This document shows positions 59,871 to 64,000 of a stretch of DNA of 64,000 bases, piece by piece (position 1 is the first letter of the stretch; each line of letters opens with the position of its first letter). The notes below the pieces were generated by a model that saw nothing but the letters and a program-made list of their open reading frames with translations, did no database searches and was not told the origin of the DNA. Both the position numbers and the translations under genes were made by a program. The DNA is from the human T2T-CHM13v2.0 reference genome, Homo sapiens, in assembly GCF_009914755.1 (NCBI RefSeq), contig NC_060927.1; one strand, given 5' to 3'.

Positions 59871-61559
59871 CAGAAAAACGTTTCCTAAGACAAGGCAGGT
59901 CTTACATTATATTTAAATTTTTTTTAATGATGTCTTTTTTGGCAGTGCACAGCCAGAGAACAACACATCACACACAAGAAACAGTTGTGCTCATGTGATG
60001 GGGGCCTCAGCACTAGGAAGGAGTGGACTGTTGGCGCACGCAGCAGCTTGAATAAATCTGAAAGTCACTACGCTGCGTAAGAGAAGCCAAATAAAGCGCA
60101 TGCTGTGTACAGAGGGTGTCGAGAATGCCTCCTACGTGACGGAAAGCAGATCCGTGGTTCCCTGCAGACTGGCAGGAGCAGATTCCAAAGGCACAGGAAG
60201 AAGCTTGCAGGTAGAATGTGTTCATTACCTTCTGCGCATTATACCACAAAAAAGCTGGGAATAAAAATGCTAACCAAAAAAAAAGGTGAAAGTAGATAAA
60301 ATTTCTCAACTGTGTGATGGGTAAACGTGCAGGTTTGCTGTCATGCTTTGTTTATGAAGCTGTGGGGTACAAGGACTCTCATAGTCACTGTGGAATGCAG
60401 AACGTTGCAGCCTCATGGAAGAGGATTTGGCAGCATCTAACAAAATGACATGGCATTTGCCCTTAGACTCAGCAATTCTAGAATCTGCCTCAAAAAAAAC
60501 TCTGGCAAAGAAATGAAAGGACTTTACCCACAGAGTTCTTTTCACAGCCTGAATGTGTTTGCCACAAAGTTCTTCACTGTGGCATTTGTAAAACTGGAAA
60601 CAATCAAAATGTCCATCAGTAGGGGATTGGGAACATTAATTCGTGCAGTGGGGAACTCCGTACCAGAAGGAGGAATGAGGAACGCCTATTGATAAGGGGC
60701 AGAGTACATATCATATGATGCAAATATATATTGCTTTTTCTTAAAACAGTACAAAGATAAAAGTCTAAAGTGGTTGCTGTGGAGGACAGGGGTCAGTGGT
60801 GGAAGTGAGACCGAAATAGACTCTGAAGTAATATCTGGACTTTGAAATTGTTAAGTGTTTTACATATTACCAAACTAAGTTTTTAAGATAGTCCCTAAAA
60901 TTGAAAGAATGGTATCTGAAATGAATGAATCTAAATTCCTTGGATTGCATTCTACAGGCTCCAACCGTGAGACCAAAATTTGGAAGGTGGCCCTGAGCAG
61001 CAGCTGAAGGGAAGTGGGAGGTGAGACAGGAAAGAGGCGGTGGCATGCGGCGTCCGGGAGCTGGGTCCCATGTGGGCAGCTGGGCCCGTGCTCACTGTGG
61101 GAGCTGGTGTGTTCCTTCACCAGCCCACACTCCACAGGTTTAGGATGGTCAATTCCGGGCACCCCTGGCCTGCTCCAGGACGTGCTCCTGCCACCAGAGA
61201 AAGCCCCTAGGCAGCGTCCCAGGTGCTGGTGGTGTCAGAATCGAGTTTGAGTCTGAGGAGTGACCTGGGGCTGGCTGGGCTAGGCAGCATCACGGGGTTC
61301 TGCAGCCCAACTGCACATCAGGCTGGTGACAGTCACGCAGCCTATTACCTCATGTGTCATCAGAGGATCGCTAGAACACAGCACTTCAAGTGTGCAGATT
61401 TAGTGAGCCATAGTCTAAAGACAAATAGAGCCACTGAATCCTAAATTTCAATCAATCATCTCCGTTACTCGTCTTATAGGTATTAATCCTTTGAAATTAT
61501 GTGGGGTGGGAGTTAAAGCTAATAACTAATTATGTTAATGCCAAAATGAAGATTTTTCT

Positions 61560-61850
61560 GGCCAGGTGCGGTGGCTCACGCCTGTAATCCCAGCACTTTG
61601 GGAGGCCGAGGCAGACAGATCACCTGAGGTCAGGAGTTTGAGACCAGCCTGGCCAACATGGTGAAACGCCATCTCTACTAAAATTGAAAAATTAGCTGGG
61701 CATGGTGGCAGGTGCCTGTAATCCCAGCTATTGGGGAGGCTGAAGCAGGAGAATCGCTTGAAACAGGAGGCAGAGATTGCAGTGAGCCGAGATTGTGCCA
61801 CTGCACTCCAGCCTGGGCAACAGGAACAAAACTCTATCTCAAAAAATAAA
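61560..61850 (+). mobile_element. AluS, sense, with TSD-like aagatttttct flanks
   Basis: Full-length Alu; aagatttttctg before and aagattttttctg after. Confidence 0.93.
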
Positions 61851-62259
61851 ACAAGATTTTTCTGAGAAAAAGGTGTAAAACCGTATACTAAATTTGAAAT
61901 AGAAATATAAGCGTGAACTCATTTGTTGTTCTTTTACCGTAGACACATTTCCTAGTTCTGCCCCAGTAGCAGTAGACACATCAAGCACCTAGAAAGTGGT
62001 CTCTAATACATGAAAACCATGAATTCATAGTGGTGGTTTCAAAGCCAAAACCAACCAAACACATGTAATTGGTCACTCTTGGAGGTACCTAGGGCACTAA
62101 CTCCTAACACTGGGAATGGACACTTGAAGGAAGATCAGCAATTATCCTGTCTTTTCTCTACAAATTGCAATTCAGGGAAACCTTGTTGATTAGGGAAAGT
62201 TCTTTACATAAGAATTCCTGCAAATAAGTGAGTAAAGAATGACAGTTTAAGAATTGTCT

Positions 62260-62475
<216 letters not shown>

Positions 62476-62502
62476 GAATTGTCAAATTCCCACCCCTAAT
62501 GC

Positions 62503-63485
62503 CGTGGTTCTCTAACCTGTGTAACAGGATCACCTGGAGGGACCCTACCCCAGACCTTCCGATTCAGTCCTGGGGGGACCCTACCCTAGATCTTCCGATT
62601 CAGTCCTGGCGGGACCCCACCCGTGATCTGATTCAGTCCTGGGGGACCCCACCCCAGATCTTCCGATTCAGTCCTGGGGGGACCCTACCCCAGATCTTCC
62701 GATTTTGTCCTGTAGGGACCCTACCCCAGATCTTCCGATTCAGTCCTGGGGGACCCCACCCCAGATCTTTCTATTCAGTCCTGGGTGGACGCTACCCCAG
62801 ATCTTCCGATTCAGTCCTGGGGGGACCCTACCCCAGATCTTCCGATTCAGTCCTGGGGGGACCCTACCCCAGATCTTCCGATTCAGTCCTGGGGGGATGC
62901 TACCCCAGATCTTCCGATTCAGTCCTGAGGGTCCCCACCCATGACCTTCCGATTCAGTCCTGGGGGGACCCTACCCCAGATTTCCTGATTCAGTCCTGGG
63001 GGACCCCACCCATGATCTTGCAATTGAGTCCTGGGGGGACCCCACCCCAGATCTTCCGATTCAGTCCTGGGGGGACGCTACCCCAGATCTTCTGATTCAG
63101 TCCTGAGGGTCCCCACCCATGACCTTCCGATTCAGTCCTGGGGGGACCCTACCCCAGATTTCCTGATTCAGTGCTGGGGGACCCCACCCATGATCTTGCA
63201 ATTCAGTCCTGGGGGGACCCCACCCCAGATCTTCCGATTCAGTCCTGGGGGGACCCCACCCCATACCTTCCGATTCAGTCCTGGAGGGGACCCCATCCCC
63301 GATCTTCTGATTCAGTCCTGGGGGGGACCCCACCCATGATATTCTGATTCAGTCCTGGGGGACCCCACCCCAGATCTTCCGATTCAGTCCTGGAGGGACC
63401 CTACCCCAGATCTTCCTATTCAGTCCTGGTTCGGCCTGAGAATTTGCATTTCTAACATGTCCAGGGACCACAGTTTGAAAACCTC
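62503..63485. mobile_element. MER5A (hAT-Charlie) whose centre is amplified into a minisatellite
   Basis: gtggttctctaacc..atcacctggaggg [VNTR] ggcctgagaatttgcatttctaaca..ccagggaccacagtttgaaaacc. Confidence 0.8.
62538..63428 (+). repeat. 34-36 bp minisatellite, ~25 copies
   Basis: Unit ggggggaccctaccccagatcttccgattcagtcct; period 36 from 62825 to 62861. Confidence 0.97.
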
Positions 63486-64000
63486 CACGGCTGACATGTA
63501 ATGGGATGACATGGTCCAATAAATGAAGGAAAAATAACAGGTGGCAACCTCAGGCAGCTTCATCCCAACCAGTAAGAAAGTAAATCCTTTTGTAAACTCA
63601 GAGGAAGTATTAATATGGGCGTTTGAGCAAACATTTAAGTGTTAGGACAAATAATTAAAAACTAGCACAGGCACCCCTGAAGCATGATAGGATGGCAACA
63701 GAAGGGCTGATTTAGTTTCCAAGAAATAACTGACAGGCAATGTTGTGCGTGTGTCTACTACTTAGGAACCCAAAACAAACCTTCAGACCGTTTTCATGAG
63801 TACTGAGACCAAGAAAACCACTGGGCAGTGGGTGGTCTGGAAATGTAAATGTTGATGGTACTCCAGTAAAGAGTCATGGAACAATGCTTCATATTGAAAA
63901 TGTTTTTGTAAATGTGGGTTTCAAGGTTTCATAGTGAACCCATATGTGTTAGGAGAAAAGACACACCAAAGAAGTAAAATAATTGGGTCAATATAAAAAG
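63391..64000 (+). repeat. Segmental duplication, right copy, running off the window
   Basis: Near-identical to 1821-2430. Confidence 0.97.

Overview
Primate, most likely human, segmental-duplication DNA with no intact protein-coding gene. In order, the window holds: ~1.8 kb of GC-rich flank; a 5' fragment of PDCD6 (CpG island, disabled exons 1-2); a ~7.9-kb 47-bp tandem array with higher-order blocks and an internal ~530-bp inversion; a minus-strand processed PPP4R2 pseudogene carrying 254 bp of apparent parental intron; a solo LTR13 inserted in an Alu; a full-length 15-exon unprocessed SDHA pseudogene (ATG lost, frameshifts, promoter and splice sites kept); and two minisatellites born inside hAT DNA-transposon fossils (MER1B, MER5A). 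The last ~600 bp repeat positions ~1830-2430 at an offset of 61,570 bp (~98% identical by manual count), so the window spans one duplication unit whose left junction lies in the MER5A minisatellite. The SDHA copy resembles the 3q29 SDHAP1/SDHAP2 type, but the exact paralog is not determinable here. Gene and repeat identities come from recalled sequences, not database searches. I found no convincing new protein-coding system; the best leads are structural or regulatory.
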